Source: Novosphingobium sp. (lineage in GTDB: Bacteria; Pseudomonadota; Alphaproteobacteria; Sphingomonadales; Sphingomonadaceae). Taken from it: a DNA stretch of 64,000 nt. A program made the translations under genes and the position numbers. The stretch is taken from NCBI GenBank assembly GCA_050725835.1, contig JBOHIC010000053.1, positions 846 to 64,845 of the forward strand, read 5' to 3'. The notes below the pieces were generated by a model. The model was not told where the DNA came from, did not search any database, and worked only from the letters and a program-made list of their open reading frames with translations. This document shows, piece by piece, positions 1-10,088 of this stretch. How positions within the stretch are numbered: the stretch's first letter is position 1; each line of letters begins with the position of its first letter.

Positions 1-1
1 C

Positions 2-733
2 GAACAGCCCGAACGGCGCGGAGAGATCGAGCGCGGGATCGACCAGTGCGAGTTTGTTGCCCTCCGGCGCGCTGGTGAGCGCCGCGAACGCTTGCGGCAC
101 GCTCATCCCCAGCTTGTCCCACAGCAGCGCGCCGACCAGCGCCGCCGCGCCGACATAAAGCACGACCTGGATCAGGTCGCTCCAGATCACCGATTCGAGC
201 CCGCCCATGAAGGTGAACACCAGCCCGAACCCGAGCAGGATCAGCGCGGCGATCATCACGTGGCTGGGCGATACGTCGAGGAACAGGATCATCGAGACGG
301 CGATCGCCGCAAGATAGAGCCGCGCGCCCGAGGCGAGGATCCGCCCGATCAGGTACATCGCCGCCGCCGCGCGTCGCGCAGTGGCATCGAACCGGCTCTC
401 GAGCAGCTCGTAAACCGTAGTCACCCTGAGCGCGTAGAACCGCGGGATCAGCACGTTGCCGACGATCCACGCCGCGATCAGCGCCGCGCCGACCCCGCCG
501 AGATAGGTCCAGTTGCCGCGAAAGCTCGAATCCGGCACCCCGAGGAAGGTCGCCGCCGACTGCACCGTCGAGAGCACCGAGATCGCCACCAGCCAGGTCG
601 GGGCGTGGTGGCCCGCAAGGAAATAGTCCTCCGCCTTCATCCCCCGCCGCGTGGTCAGCCAGCCAGCGGCGGCGAGCATCGCGACATAGCCGCCGAGCAC
701 CGCCCAGTCGGCGAGGGTGAAGGTGGTGTGCAT
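2..733 (-). CDS. Sodium:solute symporter (SSS) family transporter, N-terminal part (runs off window start)
   Basis: Hand translation from ATG at 733: [20 protein letters not shown]...EDYFLAG...[18 protein letters not shown]...[10 protein letters not shown]...[13 protein letters not shown], typical SSS motifs. Not in the ORF track because it is truncated by the window edge. Confidence 0.85.
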   Translation of the reverse strand, partial: MHTTFTLADWAVLGGYVAMLAAAGWLTTRRGMKAEDYFLAGHHAPTWLVAISVLSTVQSAATFLGVPDSSFRGNWTYLGGVGAALIAAWIVGNVLIPRFYALRVTTVYELLESRFDATARRAAAAMYLIGRILASGARLYLAAIAVSMILFLDVSPSHVMIAALILLGFGLVFTFMGGLESVIWSDLIQVVLYVGAAALVGALLWDKLGMSVPQAFAALTSAPEGNKLALVDPALDLSAPFGLF

Positions 734-935
734 CGAACCGGCAGTCACCACATCCGTTCGGTCGAAGCAAATGCCCGCTGCGGGTTGCCTTACCCCGCCG
801 ACTTTGCTAGCGGGCCGCTCATTCGAGCCGATCCCACAGGGATTCGGCGCGGTTTTGCTTTGTTTTACGTCAGGTGCTCCCCCGCGCCAGCATTCAGCGG
901 GGTTCTCGCCTTTCGGCTGTGAGGTGTGTCGATTT

Positions 936-1142
936 ATGCAGATTCTCGTCCGCGACAACAACGTCGATCAGGCCCTGCGCGCGCTCAAGAAGAAGCTGCA
1001 GCGCGAGGGCGTGTATCGCGAGATGAAGCTGCGCCGCCACTACGAAAAGCCGAGCGAGAAGCGTGCCCGCGAAAAGGCCGCCGCCGTGCGCCGCGCCCGC
1101 AAGATGGAGCGCAAGCGGATGGAGCGCGACGGGGTCAAGTAA
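936..1142 (+). CDS. rpsU: 30S ribosomal protein S21
   Basis: [46 protein letters not shown] at 936 preceded by GAGGTG. Confidence 0.97.
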   Translation: MQILVRDNNVDQALRALKKKLQREGVYREMKLRRHYEKPSEKRAREKAAAVRRARKMERKRMERDGVK

Positions 1143-1171
1143 GCTTGAACCGGCGTTATCGTTCAGCCATG

Positions 1172-1196
1172 AGGGCGCGGAGCAATCCGCGCCCTT
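1172..1196 (+). terminator. Hairpin after rpsU, possible intrinsic terminator
   Basis: AGGGCGCGGA-GCAA-TCCGCGCCCT, 10-bp stem with GNRA loop; only a short T tail. Confidence 0.5.
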
Positions 1197-1215
1197 CGCA
1201 TATCAGGAAGCCCCG

Positions 1216-1779
1216 ATGACCGAGATCACCCGCGTGCCGCTGCCCCCGATCGCCAAGGGCGCGCTGACCAAGCTGTGGATCGGCGTCGCCGCGGTCGCGC
1301 TCGCTGCGGGCGGGCTGGCCTATGCCACGCTGCCGCCGAGCGTGGACGTCGAGACGATCAAGGCCGGAACCGGCGTGTCGCCGACGATCGAGGACGTCGC
1401 GCTGATCAACTACAAGGGCAGCCTCGCCAGCGGCAAGGTGTTCGACGAGGGCAAGAACGCGGTGTTCCCGCTGCAGGGCGTGATCCCCGGGTTTACCCAG
1501 GCGCTCACCCAGATGCAGAAGGGCGGCAAGTACAAGGTCGAAATCCCCTCCGAGCTCGCTTACGGACCCGAGGACCAGAAGAACCCGCAGACCGGCGCGG
1601 TCGAAATCCCCGGGGGCTCGGACCTGACCTTCGAGATCGAGCTGATCGACTTCCGCAACCGCGCCGAAATCGAGGCGCAGCAGCGGATGATGCAGCAGCT
1701 CCAGCAGCAGATGCAGGGCGCGGGCGGCCCTCCGGGTGCAGGTGCCCCGCCGCCGGGCGCTCCCGCACCCAAACAGTAA
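1216..1779 (+). CDS. FKBP-type peptidyl-prolyl cis-trans isomerase with N-terminal membrane anchor
   Basis: [52 protein letters not shown] upstream of ATG 1216. Confidence 0.92.
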   Translation: MTEITRVPLPPIAKGALTKLWIGVAAVALAAGGLAYATLPPSVDVETIKAGTGVSPTIEDVALINYKGSLASGKVFDEGKNAVFPLQGVIPGFTQALTQMQKGGKYKVEIPSELAYGPEDQKNPQTGAVEIPGGSDLTFEIELIDFRNRAEIEAQQRMMQQLQQQMQGAGGPPGAGAPPPGAPAPKQ

Positions 1780-1789
1780 GGACGGAGGC

Positions 1790-2077
1790 ATGTCGGTCGA
1801 TACCGCCACCGTCGCGAAGATCGCGTCGCTGGCCCGGATCAAGCTGAGCGAGGCCGAGGTCGCGGCGATGGTCCCCGAACTCAACGGCATCCTCGCCTGG
1901 GTCGAGCAGCTTGGCGAGGTCGACGTCTCCGGGGTTCAGCCGATGACCGCGGTGATCGCCAACACTCTGCGCCTGCGCGACGACGTCGTGACGGACGGCG
2001 GGGTGCGCGAGGCGGTGCTCGCCAATGCTCCGGCGCGGCAGGACGGGTTCTTCGGCGTGCCCAAGGTGATCGAGTGA
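1790..2077 (+). CDS. gatC: Asp/Glu-tRNA amidotransferase subunit C
   Basis: [17 protein letters not shown]...LRLRDDVV...[18 protein letters not shown]; directly upstream of gatA. Confidence 0.95.
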   Translation: MSVDTATVAKIASLARIKLSEAEVAAMVPELNGILAWVEQLGEVDVSGVQPMTAVIANTLRLRDDVVTDGGVREAVLANAPARQDGFFGVPKVIE

Positions 2078-3558
2078 CCGACCTCACCGAGCTCGGCGTC
2101 GCCGCGATCCGCGACGGGGTTTCCGGCGGCGATTTCACCGCGGTCGAAGTGGCCGAGGCGTTCAACGCCAACGTCGCCGTAGCCGGCGCGCTCAACGCCT
2201 TCATCGTCGCCACGCCGGAGAAGGCGCTCGAAGCCGCGCGCGCGACCGACGCGCGCCGCGCCGCCGGCCAGCCGCTCGGGGCGATGGGCGGGGTGCCGAT
2301 CGGAATGAAGGATCTGTTCGCCACCAAAGGCGTCCAGACCACCGCGGCGAGCCACATCCTCGAAGGCTTCGTCCCCGAATACGAAAGCACCGTCAGCCAG
2401 AAGCTGTGGGATGCCGGCGCGGGAATGCTCGGCAAGCTCAATCTCGACCAGTTCGCGATGGGCTCGTCGAACGAGACTTCGTACTTCGGCAACGTCATCA
2501 GCCCGTGGCGGCGCTCTGACGGCGGCAATGCCGCGCTCGCCCCCGGCGGCTCGTCGGGCGGAAGCAGCACCGCGGTCTCCGCGCGGCTCGTCCCGGGGGC
2601 GACCGGCACCGACACCGGCGGCTCGATCCGCCAGCCCGCCGCCTTCACCGGAATCTGCGGGATCAAGCCGACTTACGGGCGCTGTTCGCGCTGGGGCATC
2701 GTCGCTTTCGCCTCAAGTCTCGACCAGGCCGGGCCGATGGCGCGCGACGTGCGCGACTGCGCGATCATGCTCGGGGCGATGGCCGGGTTCGACCCCAAGG
2801 ATGCGACCAGCCTCGACGTGGCCGTTCCCGAGTGGGAAGCCGGGCTCAATCCCAACCTCGCGGGCAAGCGTGTGGGCATTCCGCGCGAATACCGCATGGA
2901 CGGGATGGACCCCGATGTCGCCGCGAGCTGGGACCGCGGGATCGAGTGGCTGCGCGACGCGGGCGCCGAGGTGGTCGACATCTCGCTTCCGCACACCAAA
3001 TACGCGCTCCCGGCCTACTACATCATCGCCCCCGCCGAAGCCTCCTCGAACCTCGCCCGTTACGACGGGGTGCGCTACGGCCTGCGCGAGCTGCCGCAGG
3101 GCGCGAACCTGCAAGACATGTACGCCGCGACCCGCGCCGCCGGCTTCGGGGCCGAGGTCAAGCGCCGCATCCTGATCGGCACTTACGTGCTCTCGGCCGG
3201 GTTCTACGACGCCTATTACACCCAGGCGCAGAAGGTCCGCGCGCTGATCGCCCGCGATTTCGCCGCGGCGTGGAACAACTGCGACGTAATCCTCGCCCCG
3301 ACCGCCCCGAGCGCCGCGTTCGCTTTGGGCGACAAGAGTGACGACCCGCTGGCAATGTATTTGAACGACGTCTTCGCCGTCCCGGCCTCGCTGGCGGGCC
3401 TCCCGGCAATGAGCGTCCCCGCCGGCCTCAACCGCGAGGGCCTGCCGCTTGGGCTGCAGATCATCGGCAAGGCCTTCGACGAGCAGGGCGTGCTGAATGC
3501 CGGGCTGGCGATTGAGAGCCGTGCGGGATTTAGCGCCAAACCGGAGAAGTGGTGGTGA
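2074..3558 (+). CDS. gatA: Asp/Glu-tRNA amidotransferase subunit A
   Basis: Amidase signature PGGSSGGS and [27 protein letters not shown]. Confidence 0.97.
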   Translation: MTDLTELGVAAIRDGVSGGDFTAVEVAEAFNANVAVAGALNAFIVATPEKALEAARATDARRAAGQPLGAMGGVPIGMKDLFATKGVQTTAASHILEGFVPEYESTVSQKLWDAGAGMLGKLNLDQFAMGSSNETSYFGNVISPWRRSDGGNAALAPGGSSGGSSTAVSARLVPGATGTDTGGSIRQPAAFTGICGIKPTYGRCSRWGIVAFASSLDQAGPMARDVRDCAIMLGAMAGFDPKDATSLDVAVPEWEAGLNPNLAGKRVGIPREYRMDGMDPDVAASWDRGIEWLRDAGAEVVDISLPHTKYALPAYYIIAPAEASSNLARYDGVRYGLRELPQGANLQDMYAATRAAGFGAEVKRRILIGTYVLSAGFYDAYYTQAQKVRALIARDFAAAWNNCDVILAPTAPSAAFALGDKSDDPLAMYLNDVFAVPASLAGLPAMSVPAGLNREGLPLGLQIIGKAFDEQGVLNAGLAIESRAGFSAKPEKWW

Positions 3559-5054
3559 GCGAATACCGCATCCAAGGCGCCACCGGCGAATGGGAGGTCG
3601 TGATCGGCCTTGAGGTCCACGCGCAAGTCACTTCCAACGCCAAGCTGTTCTCGGGCGCGGCGGCGGCGTTCGGGGCGGAGCCGAACTCGCAGGTGAGCCT
3701 GGTCGATGCGGCGATGCCGGGGATGCTGCCGGTGCCCAATCGGGAGTGCATCCGCCAGGCGGTGCGCACCGGGATGGCGATCGAGGCCTCGATCAACCAG
3801 TGGAGCCGGTTCGACCGCAAGAACTACTTCTACGCCGACCTGCCGCAGGGCTACCAGATCAGCCAGCTCTACCATCCGCTGGTGGGCGAGGGGGCGATCG
3901 AGGTTTCGCCCGACGACAAGAACCCCGATCAGGTCAAGACCATCGGGATCGAGCGAATCCACGTCGAGCAGGATGCGGGCAAGCTGATGCACGATCAGCA
4001 CCCGACGATGTCCTACGTCGATCTCAACCGCTCGGGCGTGGCGCTGATGGAAATCGTCAGTCGTCCCGACATGCGTTCGCCCGCCGAAGCAGGAGCTTAC
4101 CTGCGCAAGCTCAGGTCGATCCTGCGCTATGTCGGCTCGTGCGACGGCAACATGGAGGAAGGCTCGATGCGCGCCGACGTCAACGTCAGCGTGCGCAAGC
4201 CCGGCGGCGATCTCGGCACCCGGACCGAGACCAAGAACGTCAACTCGGTGCGTTTCGTCATGGCGGTGGTCGAGAGCGAGGCGCGCCGCCAGGTCGATCT
4301 GATCGAGGACGGCGGCAGCGTGGTCCAGGAAACCCGGCTCTACGATCCGGGGCGGGGCGAGACCCGCTCGATGCGCAGCAAGGAAGACGCGCACGATTAC
4401 CGCTACTTCCCCGATCCCGACCTGCTGCCGCTCGAGCTCGACGAGGCCTTTCTCGCCGAATGCCGCGCCAGCCTGCCCGAGCTGCCCGACGCCAAGCGCC
4501 GCCGCTACGAGGCCGAGCTCGGCCTTTCGCCCTACAACGCCGGGGTGCTCACCGCCGAGGTCGAGACCGCGCGCTGGTTCGAAGCGCTGCTCGCCGCCAC
4601 CGCCGCCAAGTCCGGCAAGGGCGAGGGCGAGGTCGCCAAGCAGGCCGCCAACTGGCTCCTCTCGGAACTGTTCGGCGCGCTCAATAAGCTTGGCAAAGGG
4701 TTGGAGGATTCGCCCGTAACGCCCGAAGGCGGCGCGGAACTTCTCGGCCTGATCGCGACCGGGACGATCTCGGGCAGCATCGCCAAGCAGGTTCTCGAAA
4801 AGATGCTCGAGAGCGGCGAGGGCGCGGGTGTCATCGTCGCGCGCGAGGGGCTGACCCAGACCAGCGACACCGGCGCGATCGACACCGCCGTGGCCGAAGT
4901 GCTGGCCGCCAACGCCGACAAGGTCGAGCAGTACAAGGCGGGCAAGGACGCATTGTTCGGGTTCTTCGTCGGGCAGACAATGAAGGCGATGGCGGGCAAG
5001 GCCAACCCGCAGCTGGTCAATCAGGTGCTTCGCGGCAAGCTTGCTGAAACGTAG
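3555..5054 (+). CDS. gatB: Asp/Glu-tRNA amidotransferase subunit B
   Basis: [55 protein letters not shown] start overlapping the gatA TGA. Confidence 0.97.
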   Translation: MSEYRIQGATGEWEVVIGLEVHAQVTSNAKLFSGAAAAFGAEPNSQVSLVDAAMPGMLPVPNRECIRQAVRTGMAIEASINQWSRFDRKNYFYADLPQGYQISQLYHPLVGEGAIEVSPDDKNPDQVKTIGIERIHVEQDAGKLMHDQHPTMSYVDLNRSGVALMEIVSRPDMRSPAEAGAYLRKLRSILRYVGSCDGNMEEGSMRADVNVSVRKPGGDLGTRTETKNVNSVRFVMAVVESEARRQVDLIEDGGSVVQETRLYDPGRGETRSMRSKEDAHDYRYFPDPDLLPLELDEAFLAECRASLPELPDAKRRRYEAELGLSPYNAGVLTAEVETARWFEALLAATAAKSGKGEGEVAKQAANWLLSELFGALNKLGKGLEDSPVTPEGGAELLGLIATGTISGSIAKQVLEKMLESGEGAGVIVAREGLTQTSDTGAIDTAVAEVLAANADKVEQYKAGKDALFGFFVGQTMKAMAGKANPQLVNQVLRGKLAET

Positions 5055-5131
5055 ACGTTTTCGATACTTGTGAAACGCAATGCGACTTTGTAGCCTCGCA
5101 ATTCGTCGTTTTGACGAATCAGGGGGCACCG

Positions 5132-5530
5132 ATGCGGGCTTTTGGCGTTGCCGCGCTTTGCGCGACTTTTTTGACTGTGGGCTGCGCTCCGGCACCCGCG
5201 CCTGTCGACAATCGGAACAGTGCGCTCACGCAGGGCAATGTTCAGTTGAACCTGAAGGTTGGGCAAACGAGCAAGGCTCAGGTTCTCGAAGTCTTCGGCG
5301 CTCCGAACATTACAACCCGCGACTCGGCTGGCCAGGAAGTCTGGACCTACCAGCGGCACGCAACGGTCCAGCAGTCGAGTTCTCAAGCCAACTTCTGGAC
5401 CATCCTCTTGGCGGGAAGTGGGTCGTCAGCAAGTGGTCTCTCCGAAACTTCACGTACGATGACCCTGATCATCAAGTTCGATTCAGCGGATGTCGTGAGC
5501 GACTTTCGCAGCCGTACCAGCGATTTCTAG
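5132..5530 (+). CDS. Lipoprotein with SmpA/OmlA (BamE-like) domain
   Basis: Lipobox LTVGC; LKVGQTSKAQVLEVFGAPN...EVWTY matches the G-x-T...V...G-x-P...W-x-Y pattern of the SmpA/OmlA family. Confidence 0.7.
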   Translation: MRAFGVAALCATFLTVGCAPAPAPVDNRNSALTQGNVQLNLKVGQTSKAQVLEVFGAPNITTRDSAGQEVWTYQRHATVQQSSSQANFWTILLAGSGSSASGLSETSRTMTLIIKFDSADVVSDFRSRTSDF

Positions 5531-5539
5531 GAGGGGCAG

Positions 5540-6139
5540 ATGCGTAGGATTTTTCTGGCACTAGCGCTTTCAGCCTTGGTCGCGCCAACAGTAGCAGAGG
5601 CAAAGAAGGCTCCGGCATTGACCCCAATGCAGGTCCAGGCGCTACAGTCACGCGAGTTCGAAACGACCAAGGAGAATCTGTTCGCGGCCTCGATGACCGT
5701 GATGCAGGATCTCGGCTATCAGGTGCAGTCCGCAGATCTCCAGACCGGTTTCATTACCGCCGTTAGTGCGACGCAAAACAAAACCAATTTCTGGGAGGCT
5801 TTGGGCGGCGGTCGTTCCTCAGGAAACACCAAGGTCACTGTTTTTATTATGAATCTGCCTAATGGTATGGCTCGGGTAAGGTTGAATTTTCTTAACACGA
5901 AGATTCTTTCCACCGCGTATGGGCAGAGCAGTCAAGACGACAAGCCCATTCTAGATGCCCAAGTTTATACTAATACTTGGGACAAGATCGACGAAGCGCT
6001 TTTCGTAATGGGTGCCTTGGTGGCTTCACCACCGGTCGAGGTGCCTGCCGGCGCGAAGCCTGCGGCAGATGAGCCAGTCAAACCTGCCGAAAGCAAACCC
6101 GAGTCTGCTCCGATTGACGCGGCGAAGCTAGCCACTTAG
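5540..6139 (+). CDS. Secreted hypothetical protein (possible BamC-like helix-grip fold)
   Basis: Signal peptide MRRIFLALALSALVAPTVAEA; GAGGGG SD; REFETTKENLFAASMTVMQDLGYQVQSADLQTGFIT; low-complexity P/A/E/K tail. Fold call is inference. Confidence 0.7.
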   Translation: MRRIFLALALSALVAPTVAEAKKAPALTPMQVQALQSREFETTKENLFAASMTVMQDLGYQVQSADLQTGFITAVSATQNKTNFWEALGGGRSSGNTKVTVFIMNLPNGMARVRLNFLNTKILSTAYGQSSQDDKPILDAQVYTNTWDKIDEALFVMGALVASPPVEVPAGAKPAADEPVKPAESKPESAPIDAAKLAT

Positions 6140-6149
6140 TAAAGAGCGT

Positions 6150-6704
6150 GTGAAGCACACTTATCTGAGAAATGTTTCCGGACTATGGCTGTTGATCAGC
6201 GCGTCGAACGTTCAAGCTTCCGAAGTCGATCAGATCAGATTAGCCGAAGCCACTGTCTTACCGTCTTTCACCAAGAGTGCGGGAATCTCCGGAGCCGGTT
6301 TGCTTTGCTTGCCGAAGGGCGTCTTGCAGATCGGCGATTTCGTAGAGAGCAATCGAGACTTTCAACGCCGTCTTGAGATTGCCATTGAGCGACGCAACGG
6401 CGCTGTGGCGTTTGTGCCGACTGCAGGTTTGGGTTCCGAACTCACTGTGCGTCTGGTGGAACTTGAATCCAAACTATGCGCCAAGTCGTGGGGCGTATTC
6501 GGTTTAGGCAATACAAAGGCGCTGTCGGGCAAGGTTCGGTTGGTTTTTGCATGGACCATGCATTCCGGGTCACCGCCAATTTCGACCGACACTGAGGTCA
6601 TAGAACTCCACATCGGCAAAAAGAATGCTGCAACTCCCGCAGCATTGTTTGACCAAGCTTTAGAGGTCCTGGTCGAGCGCGTCCGAGATCAGCACACAAA
6701 ATAG
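6150..6704 (+). CDS. Hypothetical protein, probably exported
   Basis: 184-aa ORF co-oriented with the two upstream genes, same AT-richer composition, hydrophobic N-terminal stretch LWLLISASNVQA. Confidence 0.55.
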   Translation: MKHTYLRNVSGLWLLISASNVQASEVDQIRLAEATVLPSFTKSAGISGAGLLCLPKGVLQIGDFVESNRDFQRRLEIAIERRNGAVAFVPTAGLGSELTVRLVELESKLCAKSWGVFGLGNTKALSGKVRLVFAWTMHSGSPPISTDTEVIELHIGKKNAATPAALFDQALEVLVERVRDQHTK

Positions 6705-6717
6705 GTGTTAACAGCAC

Positions 6718-6745
6718 AAAGGGCGGCGGATCGCTCCGCCGCCCT
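6718..6745 (-). terminator. Intrinsic terminator between convergent genes
   Basis: AGGGCGGCGGA-TCGC-TCCGCCGCCCT 11-bp stem; followed by TTTG on the minus strand. Confidence 0.7.
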
Positions 6746-6767
6746 GTAGATCCTGCGATGCGGCGGC

Positions 6768-7067
6768 TCAGCCCTCGCGGGTGCCGCTCATCGGGAAGGC
6801 GCCGAAGGCGCCGGCCTTGATCGTCCCGGTGATCGCGTCGCCGTCCACGGTAGCTTCGCCCTCGAGCGTCATCGGCATCGGCACGGTCATGTTCGAGGTC
6901 CAGGTCAGGGTGTTGCCGCTGACTTTGCCGTTATCGAGGTTGAGCGAGCCCATCGGCCCGGCGTTGCTGCCGGTGAAGGTGTCGCCATCGGCGACCACCG
7001 TGAACTTGCTCGATTGGTCGCCCATCGGGGTCTTGGTGACGACATTGTAGGTGCCGGAAACGGACAT
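6768..7067 (-). CDS. Small beta-strand-rich conserved hypothetical protein
   Basis: 99 aa, AGGAGAG SD, host-like codon usage; GTYNVVTKTPMG...TLTW...VDGDAITG...GAFG pattern. Confidence 0.75.
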   Translation of the reverse strand: MSVSGTYNVVTKTPMGDQSSKFTVVADGDTFTGSNAGPMGSLNLDNGKVSGNTLTWTSNMTVPMPMTLEGEATVDGDAITGTIKAGAFGAFPMSGTREG

Positions 7068-7135
7068 CGCTGCTCTCCTCCTTACATTGGGGTAAGTAGG
7101 CTTTTCACTCGCCGTCGCCGGTCACTCTGTCAACT

Positions 7136-7159
7136 CCCCTCCCCAGTGGGGAGGGGCTT
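7136..7159. repeat. Solo REP-like palindrome, CCCCTCCCC family
   Basis: CCCCTCCCC-AGT-GGGGAGGGG-CTT; same core as the arms at 55651 and 61855. Confidence 0.75.
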
Positions 7160-7166
7160 CAGCGGA

Positions 7167-10022
7167 TCACTCCGCGGGCGGCGCGATCTGCACCGGCAGG
7201 CCCAGGCCTTGCAGCTGCGGCTCGACCACCTTGCGGTCGCCGACCACGACGAAGACCAGACCCTCGCCCTGGAGCCAGGTTCCGGCCGCAGCATTGAGCG
7301 CGGCGCCGTCGATGGCGCGCCAGCGGCTGGGGAGGGTAGCGACGTAGTCGTCGGGGCGGCCGAGCCGGTCGTTCACCACGATCGCACCGAGCACCTGGGC
7401 GTTGGTTTCGTAGCGGTTGGGCAGACCGCGGATGTTGCCGTCGGTGACCCGGTTGAGTTCGACGGGTTCGACCGGCCTGGCCGCCGGGAAGGCCTTCATT
7501 TGCGCGAGCAGCACCCGAATCGAATCCCCTGTGCGGTCCGACTGGACCGGCGCGGCGAGGGTGAAGCTGCGCGGGCCGAGCGGCGAGGGGACCGAGCTGC
7601 GCACCCCGTAAGACCAGCTTTTGTCCTCGCGCAGGTCCATGTTGAGCCGGCTGAGGAAGCCGTTGCCGAGCACCTCGTTGGCGAGGTCGAGCGCCTCCTT
7701 GCCCTGATCGCGCCCGGTCAGCGCCAGCACCCGACCCGCGACGATCACCGATTGCGGTGAATTAGGCCGGTCGATCAGCACGATCCGCGGCCTGGGGGTG
7801 GGCACCGCGGCGGCGAGCGGCTTGACCGGCCTGGTCGCAGCGGGCGCGGCCCAGCGCCCGAACGCCTGCTCGAGCAGCGGCTTGAGCTGCGCCATCTCGA
7901 TATCGCCGACCACGGTGATCCGCGCGAGGTCGGGGCGCAGCCATTTGTCGTGCGCGGCGCGCAGGGCGGCGGGGGTCAGCGCGCCGAGCGAGGCGGCGTC
8001 GCCGAGCCCGTCGCCGGGCAGCCCGTAGGGATGCCCCTTGCCGAACAGCAGCGGCGCGAGCGAGCGCGCTGCCAGCGCACCCGGCGAGGCGATGGTCTGC
8101 GAAAGCTGGGCGAGCCGCTGGTCGCGCACCCGGGCGACATCCTCGGGCTTGAACCCGGGATTGCGCGCGACATCGGCCATCAGCGCGAGCGAGGGCGCTA
8201 GGTTGGCGCTGAGCGCGGAGAGCGACACGCTCGAGCTGTCGAGCCCGGCGCCGGTCGAAATCGCCGCGCCGAGGCGCTCCTGCTCCTCGGCGATCTGGGT
8301 GGCGGTGCGGGTGATGGTGCCCTCGTCGAGCAGCGCCAGCATCAGCCCTTGGGTCCCCGGGGTGTCGAGCACGTCGGCCGAGGTGCCGGCGTCGAAATTG
8401 AGGCTGACCAGCACTTTGGGCACGGTGGTGCGGCGCGCCAGCGCAACCGGGATGCCGTTCGACAGCGTGGTCCGCTCGACCGCCGGGAAAGCGAGATCAC
8501 CCACAGCGGCGACCTGCGGGGCCTCGCGTTTGGGTCCGACCGCCAGCTTGGCCGCGGGCTTCTTCGCATCGGGCGCGGCCAGCGCGGTGGTGGCTTCGTC
8601 GCCCCAGCCGCCCATCGCCTCGCCCTTTTCGGTGCGGGTCCCGGGGGAGACCGCAAGCGCATAGACCGGGCGGGTCAGCCAGCGCGCCATCGCCGCCTGG
8701 ACCTCGGCCGGGGTCAGCGCGGCAGTGCGCGCGAGATCGGCCTTGAGCTTCAAGGGATCGCCCGAATAGAGCTGGCCCTCGGCGAGCTGCGCGCCCTTGC
8801 CCGAGAATCCGCCGACACCTTCGAGCGCGCCGATCTGTTGCGAAACCGCGCTGGTCGCAGCGCGGCGGACTTCGTCCTCGCTTGGGCCTTCGGCGATGTA
8901 TTGGGCGATCAATTCGTCGAAGCGTTTTTCCGCCACCGCGCGCTCGACTCCGGGCTTCACGTCCATGCTCGCCTGGAGGAACGCGGTCTGCTCGAACTGC
9001 AGCGCGCCGGCGGTGACCGCCACCGCCAATTGCTCGTTGCGGACCAGTTCGTTGTCGAGCCGCGACGAGGACAGCCCGCCGAGGATCCGCATCGCCACAT
9101 CGAGCGCGGGCGCATCGGCATCGTTGAGCCCGGGGCCGCTCCACGCGCGGTAGAGCCGGATCACCGGCACTTGGTCGGCCATTTCGCGCTTGACCGGCGC
9201 GGCGAGGGTGACCGGACCGCCCGCGACCCTGGCGACCTCGGGCCCGCGCGGAATGTCGCCGAACCACTTTTCGACCAGCGCCCGCGCGGTAGCGATATCG
9301 ATGTCGCCGGCGAGCGCCAGCACGACGTTGTTGGGGGCGTAGTTGCCCTTGAACCACTGGCGCACGTCATCGAGGCTGGCGGCGTCGAGATCGGCCATCG
9401 AGCCGATGGTCGAGTGGCGATAGGGATGGCCGACCGGGAACAGCCCGTCGCCGATCGCGTATTCGGCGAGGCCATAAGGCTCGTTGTCGCCCTGGCGCTT
9501 CTCGTTCTGGACCACGCCGCGCTGCTTATCGAGCTTGTCCTGGCTGACCGCGCCGAGGAGGTGCCCCATCCGGTCGCTTTCCATGAACAGCGCAAGGTCG
9601 AGCGCGCCGGTGGGGACGGTTTCGACGTAATTGGTGCGGTCGTACCAGGTCGAACCATTTGTGCTGGTCGATCCGGCGGCTTCGAGCGGAATGTCGAAGT
9701 TCTCGACGTTTTCAGAGCCGCCGAACATCAGGTGCTCGAACAGGTGAGCGAACCCGGTGCGCCCCTTGGGCTCACTCTTCGATCCAACCCGGTAATACAG
9801 CGTCACCCCGACGATCGGCGCCTTGCGATCGGTGTGGACGATGGTGGTCAGGCCGTTGGGCAGGGTGAAGCTCTCGTAGGGAATGTCCACCGCCTTGACG
9901 AGTTCGCTCAGCGGCGCAGGCTGGGCGGCGGCGACCGGGGCAGAGGCCACCTCGCGCTGCGGCGCGGCGGCGCAGGCCGAGAGGCTGAGGGCGAGCAGCG
10001 AGGAAACGAGATAGCGGCGCAT
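7167..10022 (-). CDS. M16 family zinc peptidase (insulinase/PqqL-like), lipoprotein signal
   Basis: GFAHLFEHLMF (HXXEH), QRGVVQNEKR, doubled M16 domain architecture; LSLSAC lipobox. Confidence 0.92.
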   Translation of the reverse strand: MRRYLVSSLLALSLSACAAAPQREVASAPVAAAQPAPLSELVKAVDIPYESFTLPNGLTTIVHTDRKAPIVGVTLYYRVGSKSEPKGRTGFAHLFEHLMFGGSENVENFDIPLEAAGSTSTNGSTWYDRTNYVETVPTGALDLALFMESDRMGHLLGAVSQDKLDKQRGVVQNEKRQGDNEPYGLAEYAIGDGLFPVGHPYRHSTIGSMADLDAASLDDVRQWFKGNYAPNNVVLALAGDIDIATARALVEKWFGDIPRGPEVARVAGGPVTLAAPVKREMADQVPVIRLYRAWSGPGLNDADAPALDVAMRILGGLSSSRLDNELVRNEQLAVAVTAGALQFEQTAFLQASMDVKPGVERAVAEKRFDELIAQYIAEGPSEDEVRRAATSAVSQQIGALEGVGGFSGKGAQLAEGQLYSGDPLKLKADLARTAALTPAEVQAAMARWLTRPVYALAVSPGTRTEKGEAMGGWGDEATTALAAPDAKKPAAKLAVGPKREAPQVAAVGDLAFPAVERTTLSNGIPVALARRTTVPKVLVSLNFDAGTSADVLDTPGTQGLMLALLDEGTITRTATQIAEEQERLGAAISTGAGLDSSSVSLSALSANLAPSLALMADVARNPGFKPEDVARVRDQRLAQLSQTIASPGALAARSLAPLLFGKGHPYGLPGDGLGDAASLGALTPAALRAAHDKWLRPDLARITVVGDIEMAQLKPLLEQAFGRWAAPAATRPVKPLAAAVPTPRPRIVLIDRPNSPQSVIVAGRVLALTGRDQGKEALDLANEVLGNGFLSRLNMDLREDKSWSYGVRSSVPSPLGPRSFTLAAPVQSDRTGDSIRVLLAQMKAFPAARPVEPVELNRVTDGNIRGLPNRYETNAQVLGAIVVNDRLGRPDDYVATLPSRWRAIDGAALNAAAGTWLQGEGLVFVVVGDRKVVEPQLQGLGLPVQIAPPAE

Positions 10023-10088
10023 GAACGGTCCCCGAAAAATGCGTTGGCCTTCAGATGAGCCGGTTTTGCGAGGGGTTACAACCGCAAC

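Noticed and set aside
734-935. Possible structured RNA leader upstream of rpsU
   Set aside because: No recognisable riboswitch or r-protein leader motif by eye; an Infernal/Rfam search would be needed.
1678-1779. Gln/Pro/Gly-rich tail of the FKBP protein
   Set aside because: Ordinary low-complexity disordered tail; no exact DNA repeat unit.
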